From Eledone cirrhosa (lineage: Eukaryota), in the NCBI GenBank assembly GCA_964016885.1, contig OZ024748.1:3782001-3846000 (forward strand): a DNA stretch of 64,000 nucleotides. The letters are read 5' to 3'. A program made the translations under genes and the position numbers. The notes under the pieces were generated by a model. The model was not told the origin of the DNA. It searched no databases and worked only from the letters and a program-made list of their open reading frames with translations. This document shows, piece after piece, positions 24,317 through 39,005 of the stretch. The number at the start of each line of letters is the position of its first letter. The stretch's first letter is position 1.

Positions 24317-26781
24317 AGCCCGGATTCAATCGGGGGTAACCACAGTAAGGTACTCAATACATAGAGTATATACAATATATATATATATTATATACAATAT
24401 ATATATATAGACTATACTATTGGGTTGTTTGATAACATCTCATCTCTGAGTCACTTTCTACAAACAACTGTACCTACCATGGTTTACCGTATCTCTTATT
24501 TACAACATTTCGAAATAAAATAAAACTATTTTCCAACGCATAAAACTCTCCTTCAACCAACTCTTCACTAAAAAGAAACCCCAACATCAACAGCAACAAC
24601 AAAAACCAAAGTATATATAGGGTTTTTATCTTGATTAATAAATACACCAAGTTTATTTGTATCGATCTGGTAGTTTATATAACTACTTCGTTGTCCATTT
24701 TTGACTGATGTTAAAAGTGGATATTTTTTTTAACAAAGGTCATTTTGTTTAAAAAATAAAACAAAAGTAAGTCTTTAAATTAGATTATATATAAGCTGTT
24801 AGTATAAAATAAATGTTCTAGAAATAGTCACGAAGGATATTAAATTCATAAATAACTATCAAAAGTCGGTTTCCTTCCGGTTGTGTGTGTGTTCTCTAAA
24901 ACAATGGAATAGTCGTTAGTTTATCGTCAGATTTGTTTATTATATTAACAAAAAAAGTTATATTTCCTATGATCTAGATATATCATAGTTGATTATATAC
25001 CAAACTAGATTAACATATTCTATGTTAAAATAGTAGATCATCTAATTTGTTTAGAAAGATATATCATACTTCATAGTATATACATGTACATAAGAGTTGA
25101 TTTGCTAAATCTGTTTTCTAAATGCAAATCCACGTTTTATTTTCGTAATAAGTTATAATAGTTAAATTATTATTACTGATAAAAAAAAAATGTTTACTGT
25201 TTATTCATGAACATTCTAATTAATTCAAATGACTCTTCGGCATTTTCTAGTGTTTGTAGTATATTTGACCTTATGCCGGCGAATATTTTATTAACATAAA
25301 ATGACAACACATGGACAGGTTCGCGTAGTGTAGTGAGACAAGACAGAGACAGGGGATTGATAAGTTTGTGGACATATATATATAGATGACAATGGGACAT
25401 CTAACACCGGCTTGATGGAGAAGCCTTCATTATTCAGTAAGGCAGAGAATGATGATGGTGGTTATAGTCAGTTAACTAGAGAACAAATATATATATATAT
25501 GCATTGAAGCCACCGATGTAGCAGTTTCTTACATTAAGCACATTCACAGATGTGGTCACCTGACCTGTCTAACCGCAGAACGGACAATCCGTTAAACCCA
25601 TGCTAGCATTGAAAATCAACATTAAACAGTGATGGATGATATGCAAGGTGGTGAGGTGTTATGTTACTAAGATGTACGTGAAATTTAATTTTATGAGATT
25701 GAAGGAAACCAAACAGCTTGGAATTTCATCAGCTGTTGCCTCTTCTATTCACTGTCGGACCCTGAAGCTTGATCACTTATGGAGCTCCCTTCACAACTAG
25801 GAAAGCCTAATCTTTTCGTTACCATATTCCTAATGTAAGACAAATAATTTTGAAAACAATCAAGAATTTGAAAGGATTTTGTAATATAACTAACTTTCTC
25901 ATTAAGTTGGTGATTGGAGTATAACAGATTTTTACATAACATTATGAGGGAAAGCTTTTGGATAAATATAAACAAAGGTGGATAAGATTCTTTGGATGTA
26001 TCAAAGACACGACAACCTCTCTGGTGTTGGTGATCTATAGTATAAATACACCCGGTACACTCTGTAAAGTGGTTGGTGATAGGAAGGGCATCCAGCTATA
26101 GTAAACTTGTGAAACAAAGGGTTGAGAAGATTCTTCAGTTGTGTCAAAGACATGACAACTTCCCCTCCATAGTGCTGGTGATCTACACGATAAATGAACC
26201 CAGTGCACGCTGTAAAGTGGTTGGTGATAACAAGGTCATCTTTCTGTAGATGACTTGCCAAACAAAGGGTCTGGAAGATTCTTCAGTGGTGTCAAAGACA
26301 TAATCAGCTCCTTAATGTTTGTGTCGTGGTAAAATGCACACTGTAGAGCATGGGGGTGCAGTCTCTCAGCTTGTTTGAGCACCCAGTGGAGCATGAGAAT
26401 GTATGTGAGATGCAAGCCTTGGCCTATCTGTGGGGTCAGTATCACTGCTTCAGTACTGACTTTGTTAACCCATCCAACCCTTTTTGTAACCTCCTTTAAG
26501 TTTGGAACCACTGATTTAGATCTTCAGAGTGGTTGGAAGAGATAATCACTTCACAACAATTCAGTGAAAATGTTACCCCTAATAAAATAGCAGAGTCTAC
26601 TACATAGAACTAGAGCCAAAGAAATGCAATAAAGGCTGTATGTGGTCTGTAGAAATAGTATTTGACTTTATATATATATTTTCCTGTAGGAAAAAAGGAC
26701 ATTAGGGAGACAAAAGTGTACAATAGCACTGCATACATTCATGCACGTGTAGTTTTTGGCAAGCTCACTGTCAAGCAGCCG

Positions 26782-27290
26782 TATAAAGGGCTGCATTAAC
26801 TCGTTGCATTTTCATTTCGCCTGTGATGACAGAATGTGTGGAACAATGGTCTTGCATCTAATTTTGCCAAAAGCTTGGAGGTACCCAAGCAGAAACAATT
26901 TGCTAACCTCAATAGGTTTTTGGTGACAATGTGTTTGGTTTTACCTAAATAAAGGTATGGTAGAACAGGTTGAAAGATGACACCTTGGTGGAAATTGACC
27001 AGTGCCTCAGGTGGTCAACAACAAGGCACAATACAGTTGTTGTCGAGAGAATATTAGCCTTGAAAATAGGGGATTGTTTGATGGTGCAGGAAATTGGTGA
27101 CACGGTCAAGATCAGTAAAGATTCTGCACATGTAATTTTAAAAGAGGATTTGGGCATGCACAGAGAGGCAGTGAAATTTGTGCTGAAGCTGCTTTGTCAG
27201 GAACTGTGCTGGATATTGCTGCCAAGGATCTTGAGATGTGGGTGTACAGGTATGACCTGGAAACCAGAGCTCAGTTGACAGTGGAAGCAT
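26782..27290 (+). mobile_element. Decayed Tc1/mariner transposase fragment
   Basis: Stop-riddled mariner-like N-terminal HTH region (EQWSCI*FCQKLG..., VQEIGDTVKISKDSAHVILKEDLGM..VKFVLKLL) followed by WVYRYDLET. Confidence 0.7.
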
Positions 27291-27673
27291 ACAACAGCAC
27301 TCTGTTTAAGTACATTTGGTCTAATGACCTGTCCAACCCTTGCAAGCAGGGAAAACGGACATTAAAAGATGATATGTATGTGTGTGAGTATATATATATA
27401 ATATAGATATGTCTATATATATATATGTGTATACATGTATTCTTATATATATGTGTGCAAGAGAGAAGACTGCTGGTATGAGCTCATGATAACTATGGAT
27501 GATGATTGTTAGGTGAAGAGATCCCAGTGTAACAAAGCTGCAGTAGAGGAAGACCTGAGCAGAGGTGATGAGAAAGCAAGCATGGAAAAATCTAATAAAA
27601 GGGTGATATGTATGTGTGTGTGTGTATATTTCATCATCATCGTTAAATTTAAAATGGATATTATTTCCATCAG

Positions 27674-27833
27674 TAATGCTGCAACTATTAGCCTTGTTAA
27701 ATAACTGGATATTTTTTTGGATCACATTGAAGACTTCAGATTCAGATTCCAAACTTGGAACCACCCTGCAGAGATTTACTGCAAACATGGTTGGACACAT
27801 CATCTATCAACACTGGTGAAGATTCAAAGAAAG
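27674..27833 (+). other. Probable 5'UTR exon of BANP
   Basis: Non-repetitive sequence between an acceptor (ttccatcag) and an AAG|GTAAAC donor; contains a short upstream ORF. Confidence 0.45.
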
Positions 27834-28467
27834 GTAAACCGAATCTTTTTAGTTGTAGTTACAGAAGAAACTGAAATTATAAATCACATTTTTCATGGAG
27901 TTATGAGCTCAATAGCTGCTATATGTTAGTAAAAGATTCCTCTATTGGCTTTATGAATAAAATGAAGCTAGACAGGAGTGAGTTTCACCCAGAGCTATGT
28001 TTGTCAAATGTAACAATAACATTATTCTAAACAATGATGAGTGTGATCTCATTTCCCAAAGTGTGAAGACTGCACAAATAATGATTTCTGATATAGGCAC
28101 AAGGCCAGTAATTTGGTGGGAGGGGGAAGTCGATTAAATCGACTCCAGTGTGTTACTGGTACTTTTTTAATTTTATCGACCCTGTAAGGATGAAAGGCAA
28201 AGCTAACCTCTGCAGAAGGATTATACTGCACAAATAATAACAGCACTAGAAGAATATTCTAGAACATACATGCTTGCAACACTATGTGTCACAACAGACT
28301 GTAGCCCTGCTACTACATTACCTCACAGCCAGGCTGACCATCAATATCAAACAACAAACCTAACTGCTACATTACCTTGCAGTCATGTTAACCATCAACA
28401 TCAAAATGTCATCAATCATAATAAGCCTACTACCTGCTCTGTTTCATTCTACTATGTAGCACCTTAA

Positions 28468-28667
28468 CCCTTTAGCATTTACATTACTCTATAATTATTA
28501 TTATATTTTCATGATAATGGTTCTTTACCTCACATAATATCGAATCTATGAGATTTTGATATTATTTATGTTGAGAACAATACTTTAACATCAGTATGAT
28601 CAGCCAGTTTGAACAGAAAGAGGTGAGAGAACTCTGGTCAAATACTGCCTGTTTAAATGCTAAAGGG
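28468..28667. mobile_element. TTAA-flanked (piggyBac-type) MITE, 200 bp
   Basis: TTAA-CCCTTTAGCATTTA ... TAAATGCTAAAGGG-TTAA. Other copies at 46028-46215, ~49262-49470, nested at ~33305-33550, partial at ~1480-1640, 8190-8460 and 30650-30838. Confidence 0.85.
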
Positions 28668-30906
28668 TTAAACTAGTATCTTCTGTCATAGCCTCAGGTT
28701 GACCTAAACCTTGGTAAACATGGCTAAACAGAAACTAGAAGCCTGTCAGACTCCCTTTACCTCTAATTCAACGGGCCAACCTAATCACACAGTATCATGC
28801 TGATTCTGCATAGGTTGGGTGTTACTTTAAGGTAGGGATCAGAAATCTTTTAAATTAGTACAAATTTGGTATTTTTATACATGCATATTATATTATACTC
28901 TCACAGTTCCCATTTGGCTATCAAAAGAAGGGAGGTAGATGTAAAAGCCAAACCCACTATCTTCAATTCAGTATTTGTGACAACCTTTTGTTATTACCTA
29001 TGAATCTTGGGTAATGACCAAAAGAATATGATTGGGAATATACGTGGCTGAAATGGGGTTCCTCCAAAGGGTCTTTGTAATAGTATTACTCAATAGAGTG
29101 CATATCTTGGAAAGTTATTTCAGGTAGAACTACTACTTCTCCGAATTGAGAGATCACCACCCTGATATGGGCATGTGGTTAGAATGTCTCAGGAAAGAAT
29201 TGCTGGACAAATTTTACGGGCAAAACCAACTGGCAGGACACCCAGGGTTAGACCCCAAGCAAGATGGTTTGATAACATCCATGAGCTTGGCTGGTCTCGC
29301 TTGTGAATCCAGCTGGATCATTTGGAGATGGTTGCTTCTGACAGGACCCACTGGAAGAAGTGTTTGAAGACTCTGCTTTCAGGAATAAGTGAGTTCCCTT
29401 TAAAAAATGATGGGATCTACAGTAAAAATAAAGTTTCTTTCATTATAACATTCTATGTAAAGATAGTTGAATCCTCAAGTTTCCTCGGCCTTCCTCTTGT
29501 CACTTTGACCATTAGTGTATTTCATTTAAACGAATAATCATTATCTAAATTACAATGGCTACTATGGGGATTCGTGTTTTGTTGTTGTTGTTCCTATCCA
29601 AAGATAGATACATTGGTATATATACATAAATAGATAGCTTTAGATAGACAAATAGGCAAGCATATAAATAGATAGAAAGATAGATACATAGTTAGATAGC
29701 TATTGTAATACCTCTTACCATCTAGAAGGTGGTTGTTTTTGTTGACACCATCCCCACATGTATACATATATATTGTTTGCTTGTGATGTGGGTGGATATA
29801 TGCCTTGTCAATATTGAGAGAAAAAGGGGAGAGGAGCACATTAAAGTCAGAAAGAGAGAAGGGAAATAAAAGTAAAAGAGAATGACTGTCCATCTCTACT
29901 ACACAGAACACCTCTGGCTCAATTGAGGGCCACTGCTTGCCTGATGTTGATGTCTGCTTTAACTCTTTTGTTAACATATTTCTAATGAAATACAGTCTGT
30001 AATTTCCAAATAATTTTGAAAATAATCAAGAATTTGATGTGATTTAGTAATATAACCATTTCATTTTTAACCTGGTGTTTGGAACATATCGTAACAAAGA
30101 AGCTTACATAAAATTATGATGGAAGGTTTTTAGATAAATATGGTTGGTGATAAGTAGGACATCCAGTCATAGAAAGCTTGCCAAACAAACAGTTGAAGGG
30201 GACCTTCAGTTGTTCAGAGACATGACAACTTCTCTTGTACTGATGCCATGATAAAATGCACTTAGCAAAACATGGGGTTATATGTAAGCGAGATGCAGAC
30301 CCCATGGCATGCCTGGGTGGTCAGTAGCCCCATTTCAGTATTGACTTGGTTTGTAAAGACCAGTCCAGCCTTTGCTAACAGGGAAAACAGATATTAAATG
30401 ATGAAATGGTGATGAACACAAACTGATTTGTATCATAGAACTAGGAATAGTCTTAGGTTGTTTGGTATTACAAGTGTCTGTAGAATACTAAACCACTTGT
30501 AGAGTAATAAACTGAGTAGGTAGTACTGTTGATGAAAGAGGATATGAAAGGTTTGGTTTTGTGGGATACGGATGACAGAGCAAAATGGAAATGTTTGGCA
30601 TGGGTGGGCTTGTAAGGTTAATCCCTGCTTTATCACAGAAGATCACTTTAACTTTTTAGCATTTAAATCAGCCGTATCTGGCCAGAATTCTCTTATCTCT
30701 TCTGTTCAAACTGGCTGTAACCGTTAAGGTATTGTTCTCAAAATATATAATATCAAAATCTAGATTCAATATCATGTGAGATAAAGCTTTTACCGTGAAA
30801 ATAAAATAGTAAATATAGAGTAATGTAAATAGGGTTAAATGCTTGTTTGTTGACCTCTGAATTCAAATTTGTTTTTGTTTTTGTTGTTTGTTTTTCACAG
30901 GGAGGA

Positions 30907-33900
30907 ATGAATGAAAACAATGTGGATGCAGGTATTACCTCTATAAAGCCAATCCCTGAAGAAATCACTGTTAGTGTTCCAGAAAATGTGACTGCAGTAA
31001 GAAATACTTTACTATCTTATTCTGAATAGTGTGAAAGGGTTTATAATATATTCATGACCTTATTAATATCCATTTTCTCTTTCTCGGCCACTCCTCATAG
31101 TGGTGGGATGTCTGTGCATCCCCTCCAAGTACAATATAATCTGCACCCTTTTCATTTATACCCTCCCAACTTACATCAGTCCTTCCCCAGTCAGACCAAG
31201 GACATACTGGTAGGTGAATTGGGGGGGGGGGGGGGGGGGTAAGGGGACGATGAGTGATGTGGGCGAGGTTTAAAGTACCCCAAAAATGCTGTATGGAGAG
31301 GGGATGGGGTCCACTGGGTTTTAAATGCCCAAGATATGTCGTATGTCACTACGGTGCCCCCTATGACTTGAACAGGAGTTACGGGTCGAAAGAAAGGAAT
31401 GGAACATGAGAATTACCATTGTATATAAGTCATGTAAGAATGTTGGTATAATCTCTCTTTTCAGATCGTTATGAATGAAGTTGGTGATCCGACGGTGGCT
31501 TTGACAGGCTCTACAAATGTAGCAGTTGATGGTGAAGACACTGTCACAACTACAGTTGCAGAGGGGTTGGCTGTATCAAATTCAGTTATTAATGTTGACA
31601 CATCAGTAACAAAGCCACCGCCTAGGGTTGTAAATACCGCACATTTAATGACACACATTGTCAATCCAGATTTAAGTGATGATTCAGGTAAGCTAGCTTT
31701 TGCCATTTAAACAATTTTTTACTCTTAGTCTTTATTCCCCAGTATAAAACTCATATACTGTTCACTTTCCTGACTTTGTACATTATTCTGTTTACTATAC
31801 ATGCATCTTTGATGAGTTGTAGTGCACCTGAGCACTGTACACAATAATTTTCATTATTTTTATGTATGTGGACTAATGGTTAGGGTGTTGATCTCATGAT
31901 CATCAAATTGTGGGTTTGATTCTTGGACCAATTAGTGCATTGTGCTCTTGAGTACAAGGTTTTATTTCAGGTTCTGTGTGTGTGTATATCATGAGGCATA
32001 CACTTAACTTTCCTGATTGTTGTACATTATTCTATGTACTATACATGCACTTTTGATGAGTTGTAGTGCACCTGAGCACTGTACACAATGATTTTCATTA
32101 TTATTATTTAGATTCTGAGTTCAAACCCCACCGAGGTTAACTTTGCTTTTCAACCTTACGGGGTCGATAAAATAAAGTACCAGTAATGCACTGGGATAAT
32201 TGCTGGCCTTGTGCCAAAAAGTAGAAACAATTATTATTTAGAACAGCAAGGTGGTTGATTTCACAGAGTTGTTAGTTTGAGATATTTGTTCGAAGCCTCT
32301 GTTCTGCATTCAAATCCTGCCATGGTTAGCTTTGCCTTTCATCCTTGTGAGGTTCGCTAAAATAAAGTACCAGTAATATACTGAGGTCAATTTAATTAAC
32401 TTTCCCCTTCCCTTCCTTTCAATTGCTGGCCTTGTGCCAAATATAGAAACAGTTATTATTATAATTATTATTATTATATTCAATGATGATGATGATACAC
32501 AAATGCAGTTTTTTCTGGAGATGATGATTCCTGTGATGGGGAGCCGGGAGAAAAACGGATGAAGTTAGAACAAGATATCAATATTGATATGGACCAATCT
32601 CTTAAGGTAAGGCTTTTACTATTTTATTGGCTTCACTCTTTAGTCAGTGGGTGGACATGCTGGGGCACCACATACTTCAGCCTGGCCATGCTAGGGCATC
32701 ACATTCTAAGCATTTGCAACAGTCATACCACTTATGACATATAAACCATTAATCTTATCTGCACTTTAGTTTCTTAATAAATAACATAAGACAATATTTT
32801 ACAGCTGGGTGCCCTTTCTGACATCAACTCAGGAAGGGCATCAAGCTGTAAAAAACATTGCCTCAAAAAGTCCCATCCAGCCCATGTTGATATGGAAACA
32901 TCCACTTAAAATCAATGATGATAGTAATCATTAGTAACATTATTATAGCCTTTTAATTGAAAAATCAACAACAAAACCTCTTATATTTTATTTTCCAGCA
33001 AATCTTATTTAATATCAACAAAGCAATCTGTCTACGACTTGATAGTATACAAAACAAGCTTGAAAATGTTGGATTACGGACGAAATATTTGGAAGTTAAA
33101 CTACTAGAATTGGTAAATCAGAATAGGAATGGCAGCACTAGTAATTCAACTTCATATGCTACAAAACGAGGGTAAGTAATTTGAGGAGGAGGACAGCTTT
33201 TTGAATGACTATATGATGCTAAAAACACATTTGGCATCATAGGTTACAAAAATATTTGAAAATTATTGGTGATGTTTTCTTTAGAAATATTGTATCAAAA
33301 GAGTTAACCCTTTAGTATTTAAACCGGCCATATCCGGTCAGAATTCTCTCCCCATTTCTGTTCAAACCAGCTGTAACCAGCTGTTCATACTTATGTTAAC
33401 CCTTTAACATTTACATTACTTGGCCAGTTTAAATGCTAAAGGGTTAAGGTATTGTTCTCAAAATAAATATCAAAATCTCATAGATTTGAGGTAAAGTGTT
33501 TACCGTGAAAATACAATAGTATATATAGAGTAATGTAAATGCTAAAGAGTTAATGGAATTTTAAACATATAGCTTAGATTGAGATAAAAGACTATTATAG
33601 ATTGTTTTCTTTCTCTATTATAGATCTGGTGCTCTTATTGTTGGTCTTCCGCAAGACAGGAATAATGGTATAATTATCATTTTGTTTTTTCTCTTTTCCT
33701 TTAATATTTTACTATTTTATCAAAATTAGAATTTGGTTTATCGCTCTAACATAGCGGATATGTAAATGTATCCATGACTTTTATATCACATAATAATAAT
33801 AATCAATCAATAAGTTGTTTTTAGATGACCATTATCATGCTTTTGTTCTAGAGGTGACACAGAGAAACAATTGACAATATTGTTTCTGGGTTATTGCCCT

Positions 33901-36900
33901 TTGTCAAGCTTGTGTAGCTCTTATGTTCAGTCACTAGAACAATGAGCATAATGAGGCTGTTTGCAAATGAATCGAATAATATTATTCGATATAAAACTCA
34001 TGAATACATTTATTATATCATTATCATCATCATCATTGTTTTATGTCTAGTTTTCCATACTTGAATGTGTTATATATAAATATATATTATCGAGGATAAC
34101 AAATGTTAAACGATGGTGTGTATATCATCATCATCATCACTATTTAAAATGAAATAATGTTTCACAAATAATGTATATATATTTATTACTGTCTCACATT
34201 TATATATATTATATTACTGTCTCACATTTGTATATATATATATATTATATTAGTCTCACATTTGTATATATATTGTATTACTGTCCCACATTTGTATATA
34301 TATTGTAGTACTTAGCCATTGTTTAATGACTGTTACTAATCTCTATATATATTTTTTGTTTTTCAGAGGAAGAGAATCAATTTCAAAAAGGTAATTCATG
34401 TTTTACAATTGAGGTAGTGTGTTGTGTTGTTATTTCTTCAGGTGGGCTCTTTTTTTTAGCTGAGTTGTCAAAAGCAAAGGAATCGAACCTATAATCTTAT
34501 GGTTCTAAGTCCAACTCCCCAACCACCAGGGCACATGCATTCACTTAACCCCTACTTGGGACTGGCATCCAGTCCAGTCTTAGGAAGGAGCGAGATTTTA
34601 AAAATGATAAGACCTGAGCTCCTATTGTTGAAACACTCGAGAAACTTCCTATGAAATGTAACATGGAAGAGGTTAGTTAAGTCTGTATTTGGTGTGGAAA
34701 CCTATGAAATGTAACATAGGAAGAGGCTAGCTAAGCTTGTATTTGGTGTGGACACCTCCTATGAAATGTAACATAGGAAGAGGCTAGCTAAGCTTGTATT
34801 TGGTGTGGACACCTCCTATGAAATGTAACATGGAAAGAGGCTAGTTAAGCCTGTATTGGTGTGGAAACTTCCTATGAAATGTAACATGGAAAGAGGCTAG
34901 TTAAGCCTGTATTGGTGTGAACTGTAACAACAATAGTTGATTTGACACCTGGATGCACCTAATACAACAACAGTTTATTTTACACCTGGATGCACCTAAT
35001 GCCACTGTCCTCAATTGTAAATCAGGCAATGTTGTTTGTTTATTTCTTTTTTAATATTTTTCAATAACCAGACGAACTAGAGTGGAGTTAATTATGTATT
35101 TATGTATTTTCTAGGAATACAGTCTGATATTTTACAAACCATGCAAATAGAAAACAAAGATAGGAAAGGCAGTATGTATAGTGTCTATTTTATTATATGT
35201 GTGCTTATCTTCATTGTGTACTGTATACCCGCAATGTCTGTAGTGAACTTCTGAAGCAGAAATTTGATTTGCTACAGTATATATATATTTATTTTCTTAT
35301 ATGAAAATAGGCATGTTTTGTTATTGTTATTAAGTGTACACACATATATCATCATCACCATCAAATGACATTTCCCTGCTAACAAGAGTTGGACAGGTCA
35401 TCACAGACTATGTCAGAACTCAATCTAAGCCACTCATCTCGCATTCTAGTGAGTGCATCATGTATTTTATCATGATACCAGTAGTAGGGTGGTTGTCAGC
35501 CAACTAGCAAGGAGACTTAGAGGTAGACCATGTTCAAGATAGTTGGATTACATTCATAAGCTCAGTTGGTCTCTCCTGGGGATTCAACCGGATCATTTGG
35601 AGTTGGCTGTTTCCAATAGGATTCTCTGGAAGGTGTATTTGAGGACTCTATTCACCTGACTCCCTCGGGAATAATTGGGCAAAGCAGAGAAGAGATTTCT
35701 TATGAGTTTACTTACATGTAAATTTTAAAAAAAACAATTATTTTTTATTGAATTAGATTCACAATGTAGATATTTTAATAATTTTCCCCCAACAATGACT
35801 GTGTTTTAAAATACAAACCTTAGCCATTTATTTATTATTTTTTTCAGAGATGTTGACTCCCAGTGATTTTAATTCCAGTATGGATAGTAACTTTAGAAAC
35901 ATTGGTCCAAATGTTACATTAATAACATTAAACTCTGAAGGTAAATATATTTCTTCTGGTTTTACATTTACATTTGTGTTTGTGTTTTATTTCTGGCATG
36001 AATTAGAAAGAAATACTTTCCCTGCACTCTAGAGTGCACTGGGTATATTTCATGGTACCAGCACTAGTGAGCATATCATTCCTTTGACATAGCTGAAGAT
36101 TGTTTTTCGTTTTGTTTAGTTTCTGTTTGTTTTCTTGTCCTTTCTTTGTTAATTTTCTTAAGTTTATATATATATGTCTTTGTAGAGGATTATCCAAATG
36201 GGTGCTGGCTTGGTGATGAGCTCAATCTTGAAATGCGAGTGCGTGTTCCTATTTCTTCAAGGTAAATATTTTTATTCATAAAAATATCACTTCCTATTGT
36301 ATCTTTATACTTTAACTCTTTAGATACCAACCTTATTCTGGTTCTGTGATATAAAATTGTCCATTTTAAAGTATTCATATTTAAATTTGCTACAGCTAGT
36401 TTGGCTAGAAAGAGATGAGAGAATTCTAGCCAGATATAGCCAGTTTAAATGCTAAAGGGTTAAACTTAATAAAATTTATCTGCTTTCAGTGACCTCCTTC
36501 ATATTCATTCTAATTGTCGAACGGCTGAGAAAATGGCATTGACTTTACTTGATTATTTGTTTAACCGAGAAACACAAGCTTGTTCTAATCTGTCTGGTAT
36601 GGGTAAACATGGCAAGAAGCAGTTGGATCCTTTGATGATCTATGGCATATGGTGTAAGTAATTCTTTTTAACACTTTCATTACCATATTTCTAATGCGAT
36701 ACTTTATGTATGAGATACGTAATCTTGTAATGTTTTTCTCTTTTAGGTCATTTAATACAACGGTTTAAGATCAATGAATCTGACTGGCAGCGAATCAAAC
36801 AAAACATAGACTCCAAATGTAGAACAGCTTTCCGGAGAAAGTCAAGAGGTTTGCCCCTTGCTGTAAAGGCTTTCCGAGGGAGGGCCCCACCAAGTTATGT

Positions 36901-38953
36901 TCATAACGCAGGGTTTAATTTCAATTCAATCATGAATTCACAGAGTAGTTTCTATGATTCAAATCTACACGAAGACACTAAATTTCATATACAGCAGGTG
37001 AGAAAAGTGAAACTATTTTAATTTAACAAAAAAAAAAAAAAAAAGAGTTTAAAATTAATTTTACAGTTAACATCTATGCAGGTTTAGCTGGCCTCCTACA
37101 AGCTTATTTCTCATAAGCTTCTTGGGTATTTTAATTGATAGGGGCTCCCAGTCTTAATAATGAAAATTATTGTGTACAGTGCTCAGGTGCACTACAACTC
37201 ATCAAAGGTGCATGTATAGTACATAGAATAATGTACAAATGCCAGGAAAGTAAACAGTGTATGAGTCATTATATACACACATTATTAACTTAACCCCAGT
37301 ACATTACTGGTTCTTTATTTTATCGACCCTGTAAGGATAAGAGGCAAAACTATCCTTGGCGGGATTGGAAATTAGAATGTAAAGAGCTGTAATTGTATAC
37401 CACAAATCATAATGTCCGACGCTCTACCAATTACTGTCAATCTTCCGCTCTCCTGATTATATAATGGTATAAGATATAAAATGGTGTACATTGGATGTGA
37501 CCTTTCTAAATATCTAATTTGTTGTTTTTTGCCACTGTGATACCAGAACCCTTGCTTTTCCATTAAAAAAAAATATTTTCTTATTTTACATTCCATTCTT
37601 TCATCTCTAAATTAAACATTTTATTAACTTTGTGAGTCAATCATCTAATCTATGTTGAATATATTTCTGCTTATTTTCTAGCAAAGTGAATTAGACATTC
37701 AACAGGCTGTCACAATGCAAGGTGAAGCCTTACAACAAGGGGAGATTCAAATCCTGCATGCTACACCAGAACAGATATCACAGCTTCAACACGCACAGCA
37801 TATTCAAATTTTACAAGGTGATCAAGTAATACAGGTAAGACAACAATAACACCGCCATCATCACCAACATCATCATTATCAATATCATATTCATCATATG
37901 GCATGGATTGGATGGAGCTTTTTGAGGCAATGTTTCACAACTGGTTGCCCTTCCTGACACCGGCCCCTTTTAGTTGCATCTTAGAACATGTAAGGTTATG
38001 GTTTACCTATTCTAAATTAGATACACACTTAATTTGTAAACTGATCATTACCACCATCATCATGGTTTAATATCCATTTTCCTTGCCAAAATTGGACAGG
38101 TTGTAATAGACTGGTCAATACTGAAGCAAAGCCTTTGACTTTCAGGTGGGCTGACAATCTCACATACGATTCCAAGCTCTTCTCTTCCTAGTACATTTTA
38201 TCATGGCACCAACACTAGAGAAGTTGTCATGTCTTTGACACAGCTGAAAAGTCCTTCCAACCCTTTGTTTGGTAAGTTTTGTATGACTGGATGTCCTTCC
38301 TATCACCAACCACTTTCATCTATATATAAATTTCTGCGATTCTGTCACATGTAAAGAGAGAGAAAGAGGAGTAGTTTGACTGCCTCATACTACTCCTCTC
38401 TCTTTACGTCTGCTGCCTGCGTGAATGTATGTGTAAAAAGGAAAAAAACTGCTATTCATACTACTCCTCTCTCTTTACAACAAAAAAAACAGGGTGCTGC
38501 TACCACTGTTGTTATGACTACCTCATACTACTCCTCTCTCTTTACGTCTGAGGTAAGAAATAACATACGATCAGTGGAGAATATAAAAATATTATAAACA
38601 AATTTTCTTCTTCTGTGGTCAATATTCCACATATACACACGCATATACATATGCACGTATGCATCAGGATATGGAAAAACATTCTAGTATTTCATACTTG
38701 TACCACATTCATTTCAATGTTGTTGTTACATTGAGATCCTTCACCATATCCAGAGAAAAGCCACTCTGTTATAATTTCATTTACTGACATTCTCCAACCT
38801 CTGGTTCACAGATATGCTGCCTTCTTCCTTTGCCTCGCCCTACAGTTACTACAATCATCTCTATTCTTCAGAGCTTGTCTTATGACACTTTCATTTAGAT
38901 ATTCCTGTGTGTGTGTTTATTATATAAGCTTTCTATTTCTCCCTGTCTGTATG

Positions 38954-39005
<52 letters not shown>

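Noticed and set aside
25745-25975. ORF ending GFPSCEGSSISDQASGSDSE as a terminal exon
   Set aside because: Mostly overlaps a MITE-derived repeat, and no upstream gene on that strand fits.
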